Sequence record: PQ593108.1
Strand: one strand, 5' to 3'
Length of the DNA stretch: 40,430 bases
Origin: Escherichia phage MirsaeidiM_Esher7
The position numbers and the translations under genes were made by a program. Under the pieces are notes generated by a model that saw nothing but the letters and a program-made list of their open reading frames with translations, was not told the DNA's origin and ran no database searches. Each line of letters starts with the position of its first letter. The first letter of the stretch is position 1. Below, piece by piece: positions 10,101 through 19,912 of the stretch.

Positions 10101-11043
10101 CAATCACACCAGCTGCTAACTGAGCACCAGTCCCAGCCTTGGCCTTCTCTTGGTCCAACTTCTGGTTCTCAAGCGCCAAGTTAATAAGCTCGGTCAGGTT
10201 CTGAGGAGAGCCACCAGTAATGACACCGTAATACTGAGGGAGAACTCCAGCGTTACGAATCTGGTCCAGCTCCTCACGAGACCACTTATGGTTGTTCCAG
10301 CGGGTAGGGTTGAACACATCGCCAATGACATCAAGTGAGTCCTCGGTCTGACCAGCGCGGATAGCCACGCCGACCATAGAGTTCTTCACTTCAGCTTCTG
10401 TAGCCGAGCCGAAACCGAACCACGTAGAGCGGCCCTCTCGTTCCTGCATGGTCTCGCCAGTAGACTTATAGAACATCTCACCGAACGATTCGTTGGGAGC
10501 TTCAGGTGCTTGACCCTCAATGTTTAGACCAGCAGCGGTCGGAAGGTTCTCACCCAGAGCTACTTTAGGTTTAGCCTTGAGTCCTTCCGTGAGTGCGTCA
10601 AATACGTTAGCGCTTACTGGTGGAGTCTTTGGGGTTATGCCTCCCGCACCACTTAAGGCACGAGAGACGCCAGTCTTGTAGACCTCAGGGTCATACCGGG
10701 AACCAGTCTCGTGGTAGCCGATAGCCTCAGACAGAGAGGCTAGGACATCAGGGTTCGTCAAGTCGATACTTTGGGTCGCTGGAATGCCAGTAGCAGCCAC
10801 AACCGAGTCTATGTAAGACTGAGTGTCGTTCTCGCTGGGGGGCGCCCATCGGTTGATAATCTTCTCGATTGAGTCATAGCCTTGGCGACCGTAGCTTTGA
10901 AGGTTTTTCGCTAAGGCTCGGACCCCAGATTCAGGACTGTCGAAGATGACGAATTCACCATCGTCGCCTATAGCACCTTCCCACTGGTCTTTGGACTTAC
11001 GGAGGTTACCGGGGTTTGCGTTCCTTACACCACGTGTTGCCAT
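7147..11043 (-). CDS. internal virion protein D (T7 gp16-like) with N-terminal lytic transglycosylase domain
   Basis: 1298 aa; size and position match T7 gp16; N-terminal region is consistent with the gp16 transglycosylase domain. Confidence 0.9.
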   Translation of the reverse strand: MATRGVRNANPGNLRKSKDQWEGAIGDDGEFVIFDSPESGVRALAKNLQSYGRQGYDSIEKIINRWAPPSENDTQSYIDSVVAATGIPATQSIDLTNPDVLASLSEAIGYHETGSRYDPEVYKTGVSRALSGAGGITPKTPPVSANVFDALTEGLKAKPKVALGENLPTAAGLNIEGQAPEAPNESFGEMFYKSTGETMQEREGRSTWFGFGSATEAEVKNSMVGVAIRAGQTEDSLDVIGDVFNPTRWNNHKWSREELDQIRNAGVLPQYYGVITGGSPQNLTELINLALENQKLDQEKAKAGTGAQLAAGVIGAGVDPLTYVPIAGQVGKGAKLVNKMFTVAAQSGALAGVSEMARTSVAGGDTHVAEAILGGALFGGGMTAIADGLGRALGRNTNEFAGPATRLEARETARNIDGQDLSRLPIQEGEQTFSHQGVKFADVPNEPGSVRLEDGSILIGENPLNPKTRKVFDEVIEPERAAAGVNLGGLTEIGLKLLRSENPEIRGVAADLVRSPTGMQSGASGKIGTTASDVFERLRAVDHRFYNDIDDAVTEALKDPYFQTAFWRDSGAFRQDIYQRVSMAIEDGSGNLKAELTPGELKVYDLLKSQFDAKREMMENPAMFGRPDAQSIFPGSRFKGTYVPHVYSNQMKELYIKELGSPEALQEAIKKSWLTSYASRPEVKKRVDEALLEADPTLTPEGLAAAVDKYANDKAYGISHTEQFERSSVMEENINGLVGLENNSFLEARNLFDSDMSIVLPNGQTFSVNNLREWDMDKIVPAYNRRINGDIAIMAGTGKTTKDMKDLVETMMNKAGDDGKLKGEVSTLRDTLKILTGRARRDGADDAAFATVMRTMTDLSFFAKNAYMGVQNLTEIGGMLARGNVRAMLHGVPIFRDLAFRNKKVGASEIKDLHNVIFGKELDDSIRPSKQDVIDRLRSYSDLGRGTATALGTAKYYTGELAVRSPFTKVLNGTTNYLLDAGRQGFLSDIVEHSLTGSKRKFDDRWLKTAGISDEQWKGIKSLIRESVTRGPDWKYTIKDKKAFSQDPRAMDLWRMGDTIADETLLRPHKLSNMDAKAYGPIAKTVLQFKNFVIKSINGRTMRTFYNATKNNRAIDAALSTVISMGLSGIYYMAQAHVKAYAMQDGRDREYLKQALDPTMIGYAALSRSSHLGGPLGVANILGGIAGYEDTKMLRSSILPRSPTEKPERAITFGAATSDPVMNVVGNFLEQVPAFGYAANVGVSAYNLAGYLKADTRVNERDYMTGMYNTFRELVPNDPITQKLLLGTFEEQGIHIKD

Positions 11044-11048
11044 TATTA

Positions 11049-13331
11049 TTACTCCTTACTGATTAAGGTGTTTGCGATACCCTCCAGTGAGACGTCATTG
11101 TACATCCCACCGCGCTTCTCGATGTTGGCCTCTCGGTCAGCTCGACGTTTGTCACCAGCAGCTTTAGTCCCGACGATACGCGCTCGCTTGTTAGCGTCAC
11201 GTTCTGCCTGAGCATATGCGGCATCTTGTGCCTTCTGCTGTTGTTCGCGGTAGAGTTTACCTACAAGTTCTTTATCGTAGCGAATACGAATAGTCCCTGT
11301 AGCGTCTTGGAGGAAGATAGAGCCGTTCTGTTCAACAACGGACAACTGAGAGTTAACTACCCAAGGGTTGGCCTTAATGAGCTGCTTACGAGCGGTGTCT
11401 ATAATGTCTCGACCAACCTGCCACGACTCTGGGTTATCCCCGACCATAAGCTGGTGCTTGGACGCCATGCCGATGGACTTACCGTCAGAACCTTCAGACT
11501 GGAACGTTACGGTGTTCTCATTCAGCCAGCGTTGAGTCTGCTGAGTTGCAGCGTCAGCGTTACCTGTACGATAGTACCATGAGTCCCAGACCTTACGAGC
11601 ACTTGAGTCTAGAGACGTAGGAAGACGCGAAAGGTCCTTATTCCGAGAGTCGTTCTTCAACTCCTGCCACGCCCTGTCTGACTCCATGCGCATCTCACGG
11701 CTTTGACTTGCAGCTTGCTTATCAGCTTCAATCATCGTCTGAGGGTCCAGACCCATCTTATCCATCTGGTCGAACGTAGAGAACAACTGAGCTTGATCAG
11801 GATACAGAGCAGCGAAACTTGAAGGGTCCTGAGTGTAGGCACGACGAAGAGATTCGAAGCGTTGCATCTTGTCTGGGTCGTACTGCCCACGGATGACCGC
11901 AGCTTGCCACTCACCAGCAGCGTCCTGAGTAAGCGTTTGGAAGGCATTACGGAACGGACCGTTGTTAGTGTCAGCTCTTAATAATGCAACCTTCTGTGCG
12001 TCCTTAGCAGCCTCAGGGATGTCCATCTGGTCAATCTGCTGTAGCTTAGCAGACGCATAGTTGTTCATGTCTGAACGCTTGAACTCTCCTGTGGATACAG
12101 AGACCGGAAGGTCCTCATAGTTGGTGGACACGTTGTCTCCAGCCAGACGTCGCTGATACACTTGGTCAATGACCAGTTGCTTGTTCTGGGTCTGGATTAA
12201 CTTCGTGTTCTCCTTCGCCTGTTCAGCAGACTTACGCTTTACCGCTTCCAGTAAGCTGGCTTCGGCATTAATAAGCATCTGACGCTGAGGCGTGAGTTCT
12301 TCACCCGGTTGAAGCAGGTTGTTCTGCTCCTTGAGTTTTTGAATCTGGGCCAGACCGATGGTTGGGTCATCCTGAAGAATCGCAGACTGAACGCCTAACG
12401 ACAAGTCTTCCTGATACTTAGCCACCAGCTTGTACTCAGTTCCTTGTGCCTCAACAATAGCAGCGTTGAAGACATCAGGTCCTACAATCTCTTCGACTGT
12501 AGCATCCACGCCGTTAAGGGTGATTCGCTCGCCTCGTACTTGCTGTAGGAAGTTTGAGCCGCCTGACTTCTGGATTGCGTCACGGACCGTCTGGGTAACG
12601 ACCTCCCGCGCTCGCTGGTCCGAGGGGATAGCAGCAGTAGTCAGTCCATCACGAAGGTAAGCCATGAATGTCTTGCCAGACTCAGGTGAACGCATCAGGT
12701 CGCCATCGTTCAGGAATGAGTTCATCTCAATACGAGTGTTCAACATTGCTGTCTCTTCAGACTGCTTGCTGAAATACTTATTGAAAGACCCATAGATAGC
12801 GATGTTGCGGTCTGTGATGTTATCGTTGAACCCACGCTGGAAGAACTCGTCTGTAGGGTTAATACCCGCCTCTTCAGCATAGGACTTAGCGGCGTCCTGA
12901 AGTCGCTGGTGGCGATACTCTTCCATGTCCTGACGTGTACGGAACTCACCGTTCTGAATCTTAACGTTAATCTCGTCGTCTACAGCAAAGGCAGCATTAC
13001 GACCAGTCTTGACTCGAAGTGCTTCCATAGCGTAAGGGTCGTCCTGATACAGCAGTGTGCCGTTCTGGATAGCCTCACGTCTTTGTTGAGGTGTCAGCTT
13101 ACGGATAATCTCGTTAGACCGCTCGTCGGCCCGTGTCTTCTCCTCGTCCTTGAACTGCTTGTACAATCCAGTCCCAGACTCAACGAAGTTGGTTAACGCC
13201 CGAGCCAGACCTGAGTCACCAGTTGGAGCCTGAACGCTGGCTGCTTGATAGTTGACGGCGATAGTTTTACCCGGCGCTCTGCCACGACCCATAGTCCGAT
13301 TAGCCAGAGCTGATTCAATATTACTAGCCAT
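11049..13331 (-). CDS. internal virion protein C (T7 gp15-like)
   Basis: 760 aa; size and position (T7 gp15 is about 747 aa). Confidence 0.85.
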   Translation of the reverse strand: MASNIESALANRTMGRGRAPGKTIAVNYQAASVQAPTGDSGLARALTNFVESGTGLYKQFKDEEKTRADERSNEIIRKLTPQQRREAIQNGTLLYQDDPYAMEALRVKTGRNAAFAVDDEINVKIQNGEFRTRQDMEEYRHQRLQDAAKSYAEEAGINPTDEFFQRGFNDNITDRNIAIYGSFNKYFSKQSEETAMLNTRIEMNSFLNDGDLMRSPESGKTFMAYLRDGLTTAAIPSDQRAREVVTQTVRDAIQKSGGSNFLQQVRGERITLNGVDATVEEIVGPDVFNAAIVEAQGTEYKLVAKYQEDLSLGVQSAILQDDPTIGLAQIQKLKEQNNLLQPGEELTPQRQMLINAEASLLEAVKRKSAEQAKENTKLIQTQNKQLVIDQVYQRRLAGDNVSTNYEDLPVSVSTGEFKRSDMNNYASAKLQQIDQMDIPEAAKDAQKVALLRADTNNGPFRNAFQTLTQDAAGEWQAAVIRGQYDPDKMQRFESLRRAYTQDPSSFAALYPDQAQLFSTFDQMDKMGLDPQTMIEADKQAASQSREMRMESDRAWQELKNDSRNKDLSRLPTSLDSSARKVWDSWYYRTGNADAATQQTQRWLNENTVTFQSEGSDGKSIGMASKHQLMVGDNPESWQVGRDIIDTARKQLIKANPWVVNSQLSVVEQNGSIFLQDATGTIRIRYDKELVGKLYREQQQKAQDAAYAQAERDANKRARIVGTKAAGDKRRADREANIEKRGGMYNDVSLEGIANTLISKE

Positions 13332-13342
13332 TAGTCCTCCTC

Positions 13343-13909
13343 TTAGCTATGACCTGTAGGTGTGCCTTTAGCAGCACTAATCGGTGCAGCACCATCACCA
13401 GAGCTGGACGCTCCAGAGATTGACTTACCAGCAGCGTACCCCTGCATCCCGGCGCTTGCAACATTAAGTGCATGAGCCAGTGGGCTGGTCTTGATGATTT
13501 TACCTTGACCGTGGATAGCAGACTTGGTGTTCTCAATGTTGGCGATACGGTTCCCGAAGATAGCCGCATAGTCACGGTTGTAGCTTTCGGTAATCCCTGC
13601 TCGCTCCTTGACTGTATCTCCTGCGACCTGACGTTCAATCCTGTCCATAGAGTTACCTTCCAGACCGGACTCAGCCACCGCAGCTCGGACCATACCCTGA
13701 TTGCGGATACCGTTGAGCGTGGTCTCTGTCAGTTCAGCCATCTGCTGCTCCTTCAGGTCTCGCTCCTGCATCTTCAGGTTGGCATCAGAGTAATTCATTT
13801 GTTTAATCATCTCCTGAGCCTGACGGTTCTGAGCGTCAATTGCTGCACCTTCGGCCTTGGCTTGTTGAGACGCGGACATAGTGGCCCCTGCTACAGCCAT
13901 AACGCCCAT
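13343..13909 (-). CDS. internal virion protein B (T7 gp14-like)
   Basis: 188 aa; size and position between gp13 and gp15. Confidence 0.8.
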   Translation of the reverse strand: MGVMAVAGATMSASQQAKAEGAAIDAQNRQAQEMIKQMNYSDANLKMQERDLKEQQMAELTETTLNGIRNQGMVRAAVAESGLEGNSMDRIERQVAGDTVKERAGITESYNRDYAAIFGNRIANIENTKSAIHGQGKIIKTSPLAHALNVASAGMQGYAAGKSISGASSSGDGAAPISAAKGTPTGHS

Positions 13910-14007
13910 GCCGATAGAAATTGGTTCGCAAATTTTCTAATCCCCCTTCCGGCTATCAGCCAGATACTTAGCAGCCTTCTCAATCTTGCAGACTGTGCAG
14001 ACCTTCG

Positions 14008-14466
14008 TCATACGTCCTCCTTGGAGATTGTGAATAATTGAAAACGCTCACCAGTGACAGGACTCTCGGTCCAATCATCATGGAATTTAGCGCCAAGCAA
14101 CTTCAAGAATTTAATGTGAGACTTATTGTCTGACCACACGTAGTTCCAGATGGTCCCGTATTGGTCTAACATTAAGTCCATGTACTCAGAGATACGCTTT
14201 ATGAACTCCCGCTTCTCTTTAGGTCTCAGCTTATAGACAAGACCTGAAGTCAAGAACCATACGTTATCCCCTTGGTTTCCACCATAGGCAAACACTTCGC
14301 CTACACCGTTCGTTAAAACCACAGATGACGGAGATAAATGCTTAAGCAGTCTTTCAGAGAGACCCACGGTTGACCCGTAGTTTGCTTTGCATTCATTAAC
14401 ATCATCTGCCGAAAGATGCCGCATAAAGTAGTGGACATCTGGTTCCGTAGCCTTGCGAATATACAT
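14008..14466 (-). CDS. gp13-position protein (internal virion protein A slot)
   Basis: 152 aa ORF with ATG start between the phi13-like promoter and gp14; assignment is by position only. Confidence 0.55.
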   Translation of the reverse strand: MYIRKATEPDVHYFMRHLSADDVNECKANYGSTVGLSERLLKHLSPSSVVLTNGVGEVFAYGGNQGDNVWFLTSGLVYKLRPKEKREFIKRISEYMDLMLDQYGTIWNYVWSDNKSHIKFLKLLGAKFHDDWTESPVTGERFQLFTISKEDV

Positions 14467-14495
14467 AAAGTCTCCTTATAACCTTAAGGGCCTAT

Positions 14496-14518
14496 AGTCC
14501 CTATAGTGATAGTTAAGG
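14496..14518 (-). promoter_or_regulatory. phage RNAP promoter (phi13-like)
   Basis: Plus-strand motif tccctatagtgatagttaaggta between gp12 and gp13. Confidence 0.75.
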
Positions 14519-14542
14519 TAAATCTATAGGCCCTTCAATAAG

Positions 14543-16900
14543 TTAGACGGAACGAGCTTTCTTAGCGTATGACGCCTCCCAGCCACATCCAACGATTGAC
14601 ACTGGGGTAGGATAGTCGGACTCTAAGGTTAGACTCGTGGTTAATGCGTTACCATTCATAGCGAAGCGATACTGCCCGTCACCAATGTTAGTAGTCCCTA
14701 TGGTTTGCTGACCAAGGGTGTACCCATTAAAGGTGTTAACGAACTCTCGCTCACCGTTTCTGACAATGAGTCTCAGAGCGCCAGTGTCCTTGTAGTTGAC
14801 CCAAGCCCGACGAAGCTGTAGACGACCAGTGTCTTCAGACTGAGTGCCACTATTATCTTCAATCTTAATCAGGAACCGTGAGAACTTGTAGGACATCAGA
14901 TAGGGCCGTCCGATGAACACTGTACGTCCTGACCAATCGCCGTTGAGGGTAATCACAGTAGAGATACTGGTCAAGTCCCCAATGTCCACATAAGCACCCT
15001 GACTGTCAATCAGATAGTACCGACCGGGAGACGGAGCGTTACCACCATAAGCAGCACCAATGTCAACCGTAGTCTTATATGTGTCAGCATTAAACGAGCC
15101 AATTGGGATGACCATAGACACCTTGGAGTCAACGTGGAGTCTATACGGCTCTGACGGAAAGTCAGTTGCCTCCTTGATGAACTTAAGGTGCTCAATGTCT
15201 ACCCCTCCTTGGTGCTGACGAACGATGAACATGGTAGAGCCAATAGAAGCAGACGCAAGAATCTTATCATCTTTAGGGAACTCCCAGTGTGACCAAGAGG
15301 CTTGAAGCTGTACGCCGTCCTTAAACAAGAACTTGTAGATGTAGATACGGTTGTATGCACCTGTAGAGTTGACGCAGATGTAGTTCTCAGTCCCTGTACC
15401 TTGAATATCAAACACCCCGTTAGGGATGTAGGACAGTACGTGACCAGTTGTATCATCTGCATCCTTCACATCAGACACATCAGCTACAGCGAAGTATCGC
15501 TTAATGCTGGTGAAGGACCCACGAGGAGCTGAGAAGAAGACTGAGCGTCCTACAGCGAACGGTCTGGCATTGTCACCTAGGGCAAACTCTGAGCCTACAT
15601 CAAGCTGGATAGACTTCGAGGTAAGGACCCCAGAGCTTGTCATCACGAACTGAACCTCATCCGACCAAAGTAGCAGCTGCTCGCTAAACGGAACGGCATA
15701 CTTAAGGATTGAGATTCGAGGGTGACTTACAGCTACATCAATAGGGTCATCATCACTCAGTGTCGCCACACTCTTAGGGAAGAACGAAAAGTAGCTGGCT
15801 GAACGGCTCATGATTACGTTCTCACCCGACAAGAACCCAAGTCTGTTCCTGTAGAAGAACACATCATTAATCGCAGCATCCACGAAGCTAGGCATAGGGT
15901 TTGTGTCATCATTACCAGCACCACGCTTGGACCAATCCAGAGTCTTGAACTCAAAGGAGCCATCAGATTGTCGTACCAGAGCGTGTGGCATTGTGGTGTT
16001 ATCGAACCCAGTGACAACTCCCGGCTCCACTGTCTCCTTCCACGTCTTAGTGTTGGAGTCATACATCACGTAGTATTCATCGGCGCTACTGTTTGTTTCA
16101 CCCTGAATCTTAATGATATACCCATTAGGAGCAGCAAGAGGTAGTTTAGAGATTGTCTGCACAGTGTCTAGGACTGGGCTTATTAGCTGGTTAGCGTAGC
16201 CATCCTCCGTCTCCACTGAGTTAATATCGGTCCCTGAAGGAGCTGTGATTAGCAGGAATCCAGACCCAAGGTCAAACGTGAAGGTAGGATAGGAAGCAAC
16301 AAGAAGGTCTCTCAGAGCTGCACCAATGGCTTGAGCGTCAACCTTAGGTGGGTCCTTCTCGGCATCATTACCTGCTGGTAGCTTATGCGAGACCTTAACG
16401 CCACCGTTGATGCCCACCTTAAGGGTTCGACCATACTGCCCACCACGCAGGTTAATTAAAGCTCGTGCTTTGAGGTTATAACCAGAGTGTGACTTCTCGC
16501 TTCCACCTTTGACGACAACCTTACGGTTAACGACGAACGTATAGTCTGCCACGGTAACGACACGGATGTCATCTCGTGGGTTGGAGGACTTAACGTAGTC
16601 TACCGCACCTGACACTGAGTATTGATTACCACTCAAGTCAACTACCTGAATGTTGGACCCATTGAACACGATGTAATACTGCTCCTGCTCATCACGGTTA
16701 ATCAGGTGGAACTTAGGGTTGCTCCCAACGTCGATGTTAAGACGTCGCTTGAAGACTGTAGGTGGACGCTTCTGGAGGCCATCACTCTCTGATGACCAGC
16801 AGTTAACCTGTGCCTCGCCTTGGTCTGAGAACCTCAGGATGTCAGGCTGTTGGCTAATGCCACCCTTAAGATTTTTTATGCTTTGCGTAATAAGCGGCAT
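14543..16900 (-). CDS. tail tubular protein B (T7 gp12-like)
   Basis: 785 aa; size and position; TAATG overlap with gp11 stop. Confidence 0.9.
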   Translation of the reverse strand: MPLITQSIKNLKGGISQQPDILRFSDQGEAQVNCWSSESDGLQKRPPTVFKRRLNIDVGSNPKFHLINRDEQEQYYIVFNGSNIQVVDLSGNQYSVSGAVDYVKSSNPRDDIRVVTVADYTFVVNRKVVVKGGSEKSHSGYNLKARALINLRGGQYGRTLKVGINGGVKVSHKLPAGNDAEKDPPKVDAQAIGAALRDLLVASYPTFTFDLGSGFLLITAPSGTDINSVETEDGYANQLISPVLDTVQTISKLPLAAPNGYIIKIQGETNSSADEYYVMYDSNTKTWKETVEPGVVTGFDNTTMPHALVRQSDGSFEFKTLDWSKRGAGNDDTNPMPSFVDAAINDVFFYRNRLGFLSGENVIMSRSASYFSFFPKSVATLSDDDPIDVAVSHPRISILKYAVPFSEQLLLWSDEVQFVMTSSGVLTSKSIQLDVGSEFALGDNARPFAVGRSVFFSAPRGSFTSIKRYFAVADVSDVKDADDTTGHVLSYIPNGVFDIQGTGTENYICVNSTGAYNRIYIYKFLFKDGVQLQASWSHWEFPKDDKILASASIGSTMFIVRQHQGGVDIEHLKFIKEATDFPSEPYRLHVDSKVSMVIPIGSFNADTYKTTVDIGAAYGGNAPSPGRYYLIDSQGAYVDIGDLTSISTVITLNGDWSGRTVFIGRPYLMSYKFSRFLIKIEDNSGTQSEDTGRLQLRRAWVNYKDTGALRLIVRNGEREFVNTFNGYTLGQQTIGTTNIGDGQYRFAMNGNALTTSLTLESDYPTPVSIVGCGWEASYAKKARSV

Positions 16901-17466
16901 TAGTCCCTCCCGATGGCAGACATCATGTTGTAGCGACCAGTATCCATCTCGTATTCCATGACCTGCTGATAGAGTTCTGCTTCCTGCTCACGAAGGTATA
17001 GCTCTGACTCTGGGCTACCGAAGAACTTAGCGTTGAACTCACGGCTAGCTTTAGTGACGATGTAGTCCCTGAAGACCACAGGCATCTCGGAGAATGGCTT
17101 CATCTCCACAAGCTCTACCGTGATAGAGTCGGTGAAAGTGGTGGACTGAGTGGATAAGTCGTACAGGTATCCACCCATGTTGCTGTAGTAGCTGGTGGCC
17201 CCAGCGGTCATTACACGAAGGTATGACGGTAGGAATCGAATCCTGTTGTCTTGGACATCAGGTGTCAGGACAGCAGCTTCATTAATGTTAAAGTTCCAGC
17301 CTTTAGCTTGGACCTGACGATTGACACGATGCAGGATACGTTGGGCGTTCGAGACGTCAGCGTTCCCATCGTCAAGCTGTAGGACTGCTGGTTCACCGAT
17401 AGCTGCTAACATATCGTTGATGGCGTCTAAGTCATCGTTAGCATTCAGTGGAATGTACTGAGCCAT
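16900..17466 (-). CDS. tail tubular protein A (T7 gp11-like)
   Basis: 188 aa; position after capsid and terminator; TAAGGAG RBS. Confidence 0.9.
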   Translation of the reverse strand: MAQYIPLNANDDLDAINDMLAAIGEPAVLQLDDGNADVSNAQRILHRVNRQVQAKGWNFNINEAAVLTPDVQDNRIRFLPSYLRVMTAGATSYYSNMGGYLYDLSTQSTTFTDSITVELVEMKPFSEMPVVFRDYIVTKASREFNAKFFGSPESELYLREQEAELYQQVMEYEMDTGRYNMMSAIGRD

Positions 17467-17580
17467 AGGTTTACTCCTTAATGGTCATAGGGGCTAGACG
17501 GTGAGCTGGGCAGCAGGTACGCCCAGAATAAGACGAATAGTGCTAACCATGTGTAAATAAGGAACATAGTCCCTCCTCCG

Positions 17581-17618
17581 AAAAAAAACCCCTCAAGCAC
17601 CCGAAGGCACCCAAGGGG
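17581..17618 (-). terminator. T-phi-like intrinsic terminator after the capsid gene
   Basis: Minus-strand RNA CCCCUUGGGUGCC-UUCG-GGUGCUUGAGGGG followed by U8; resembles the T7 T-phi stem-loop in sequence and position. Confidence 0.8.
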
Positions 17619-17624
17619 TTTCAA

Positions 17625-18799
17625 TTAGTTGTTGGACTCAGCCAGTTTAGCGGCCCTGTTCGCAGCACGAGTACGCGCAGCTTTCTGTTGAGGAGTTAGA
17701 GTCTCCTCTTCAGGTGCAGCCGCTACTGTAGCGACGTTAGGTTGGCTAAAGGTGCTTACGCCGCTGGGCTGAAAACCAGTGCGCCAGCCGCTTCAGGACG
17801 CAGACCACCGTGACCCATAGCGTATTTACCAACAATCAGGTCACCCTGAGCATCTACGTCACGGTCACGTTCCAGCGCCAAGTCACGCAGCTTCACAGTA
17901 CCCACAGCAGAACGGTGAGAGAACAGACCCACAACGTTGTCCAGAGCAACTTTAACATCACCAGCAGCAGTAGCTGGGAAGGCGTGCTTCTGACCAGTCG
18001 CAATAGTGATACCATCGGCACCACGAGTTTCACCAGCACCACCCTGAGTCAAGTGTGGAACTTCAACAACCACGAAGCCCATTACGTTACGGATGTTACC
18101 AGTCTCTGGGTCAATCAGCGCAGCATAGTTAGCAGCGTTCGGCATCAGAGCCGCGAGGATTGCAGAGTAGTTGTCAGGCGTTGTATAGAAATAACGGTCA
18201 CCAGCAGGAACGTAGTTGGAGGTCAGCTTCGCACGAGCAATGGTCAGTTGACCAATTATTGCTTCACCCAGTTTAGCCGGGGTGTTTAGGTCAGCTTTCT
18301 TACCAACTCCAAGTACGGACGCAGTGCCCAGACCAGCGATGTTCTCGTTGGATGCAGCCGGGAGGTTACACAGGATAGCCATTTCAGCCAGCACCGCACC
18401 ATCAGCAGCGATAGCCAGAGCTTCACCCAACTGGTTGGAGTACTCGCCAGCCACGTCGTAGTGGTTCATTGCGTCTTCAATGTCGAAAATCATCACATCG
18501 GCAGTCAGCAGACCATCAATGGTAATCACTTTCTCGGTATGCTTGATACCTTTACGCTTATCGGACAGTCGCTCACCAGGAGCCAGATACACACCAGAGG
18601 TGCGCCCCATGACCGGGAACTGAGCAGACTTACCGTTCTGAATGGTACGGACAATATGCTTGTCAGCAGTTACAGAGCGGCGAGTGAATGCGGTCAGGAC
18701 TTCACCAGCAAATACCTTCAGGAACAACGCCAGAGCGTCGGTACTGGATTTACCTTTACCTTGGTCTATACCAATTTTCTGACCCGGAACGTTTGCCAT
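17625..18799 (-). CDS. minor capsid protein 10B produced by -1 programmed ribosomal frameshift
   Basis: Slippery heptamer G GTT TTC (plus 17771-17777) seven codons before the 10A stop; the -1 frame stays open for 48 codons (QPSGVSTFSQPNVATVAAAPEEETLTPQQKAARTRAANRAAKLAESNN) and stops at 17625-17627, just before the terminator. Same heptamer as I recall for the T7 gene 10 frameshift. Confidence 0.6.
17756..18799 (-). CDS. major capsid protein 10A
   Basis: 347 aa (T7 10A is about 345 aa); downstream of the phi10-like promoter. Confidence 0.95.
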   Translation of the reverse strand: MANVPGQKIGIDQGKGKSSTDALALFLKVFAGEVLTAFTRRSVTADKHIVRTIQNGKSAQFPVMGRTSGVYLAPGERLSDKRKGIKHTEKVITIDGLLTADVMIFDIEDAMNHYDVAGEYSNQLGEALAIAADGAVLAEMAILCNLPAASNENIAGLGTASVLGVGKKADLNTPAKLGEAIIGQLTIARAKLTSNYVPAGDRYFYTTPDNYSAILAALMPNAANYAALIDPETGNIRNVMGFVVVEVPHLTQGGAGETRGADGITIATGQKHAFPATAAGDVKVALDNVVGLFSHRSAVGTVKLRDLALERDRDVDAQGDLIVGKYAMGHGGLRPEAAGALVFSPAA

Positions 18800-18901
18800 A
18801 TGATAATTCTCCTATTCAATTGAAAGATAAAGTTTATTACTTACTGTATGCCCAATCCGTATGGACTGAAGTAATAGGGAAACCTTGAGTCTGTCTCTTG
18901 G

Positions 18902-18924
18902 TCTCCCTATAGTGATAGTTTAGT
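18902..18924 (-). promoter_or_regulatory. phage RNAP promoter (phi10-like)
   Basis: Plus-strand motif ccctatagtgatagtttagtcc immediately upstream of the capsid gene. Confidence 0.8.
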
Positions 18925-18925
18925 C

Positions 18926-19810
18926 CTACAGGCTTGAGGCAGCTACCTTAGCGCGAACTTCCATCGTGTACTTAGCGTCACGCAGGTATCGCGGGTCACT
19001 CATAGCCTTAACCATGTCAGCCTTGGAGCTGAATGCTTCGGTCTGAGGAGCCTTAGGTGCGACCACAGGTTTAGCCTGAGTGGTGATGGTACGCTGAGGT
19101 TTAACACCCACAGCTTTACCCAGAGTCTTGCCAGCCAGATTCAGCAGAGCTTTGGTAGTCGCAATGTCCTTACGAACGATAGCAGCTTCCAGTGCTTCAC
19201 GAGTTGACGGGTCGTTGGACTCAAGGTGTGACAGGATGCGATTAAACTGTTCAGCACCACCAGCGTAGCGAACCACACCAGCAGCATACTGTTCAGCCAG
19301 AGCTTCCTGACCACGGACAAACGAATCTACGAAACGCTTGGTGTAACCTGCTTCCTGCAACTTAGCGTAGGATGCGTCAGACAGCTTACCGTCCTTGGCG
19401 TATTCGGCCTTGATAGCGGTAATTTCATCAGCAGTGACCTTGCCAGCTTCTACAGCAGAAGACACCATGTCGTCGAATGCAGCTTCGTTTTCATCCAGAG
19501 CGGTGACACTTTCAGTCAGCTCTTTAGGTGCATCACCAAGTTCGACGAACTCAGGCTGCTCACCATCGGTCTCAGACTCTTCGTCATCGGACTCGTTGTC
19601 TTCAGCACCCTCAGTCTCTTCGACGTTCTCGTCTTCTGCGGCGGCCTCTTCGTTTTCGGCTTCCAGTTGCTTGAAGGTAATAGCGTCGTCGCCATCACGA
19701 ACAGCTACGTCCTGTTCAAGCATAGACTTCTGGTGTTCGTTCAGGTCCTCAACGGAACCAGTGATTGCATTAGAGCTAACGCCGAACTCGGCATAAACTG
19801 ATTGAGACAT
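18926..19810 (-). CDS. scaffolding protein (T7 gp9-like)
   Basis: Acidic protein; the start was moved from the upstream GTG (19846) to the ATG at 19810, which has an AAGGAG RBS and aligns with the recalled T7 gp9 N-terminus (SVYAEFGV vs DVYASFGV). Confidence 0.85.
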   Translation of the reverse strand: MSQSVYAEFGVSSNAITGSVEDLNEHQKSMLEQDVAVRDGDDAITFKQLEAENEEAAAEDENVEETEGAEDNESDDEESETDGEQPEFVELGDAPKELTESVTALDENEAAFDDMVSSAVEAGKVTADEITAIKAEYAKDGKLSDASYAKLQEAGYTKRFVDSFVRGQEALAEQYAAGVVRYAGGAEQFNRILSHLESNDPSTREALEAAIVRKDIATTKALLNLAGKTLGKAVGVKPQRTITTQAKPVVAPKAPQTEAFSSKADMVKAMSDPRYLRDAKYTMEVRAKVAASSL

Positions 19811-19889
19811 TAAGTCATTCTCCTTTAAGTCGTTAATAGGAAACACCTGCCTCGTCTAGTTTACTCCCCTAGAGTTGGACTTACGGTGT

Positions 19890-19912
19890 TGTTCCTATAG
19901 TGATAGTTTAGG
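19890..19912 (-). promoter_or_regulatory. phage RNAP promoter (phi9-like)
   Basis: Plus-strand motif cctatagtgatagtttaggc overlapping the portal gene end. Confidence 0.75.

Noticed and set aside
19395-19796. Ser/Ala-rich 133-aa plus-strand ORF
   Set aside because: Antisense to the acidic scaffolding gene; the low-complexity composition is a mirror of the Glu/Asp/Ala-rich sense codons.
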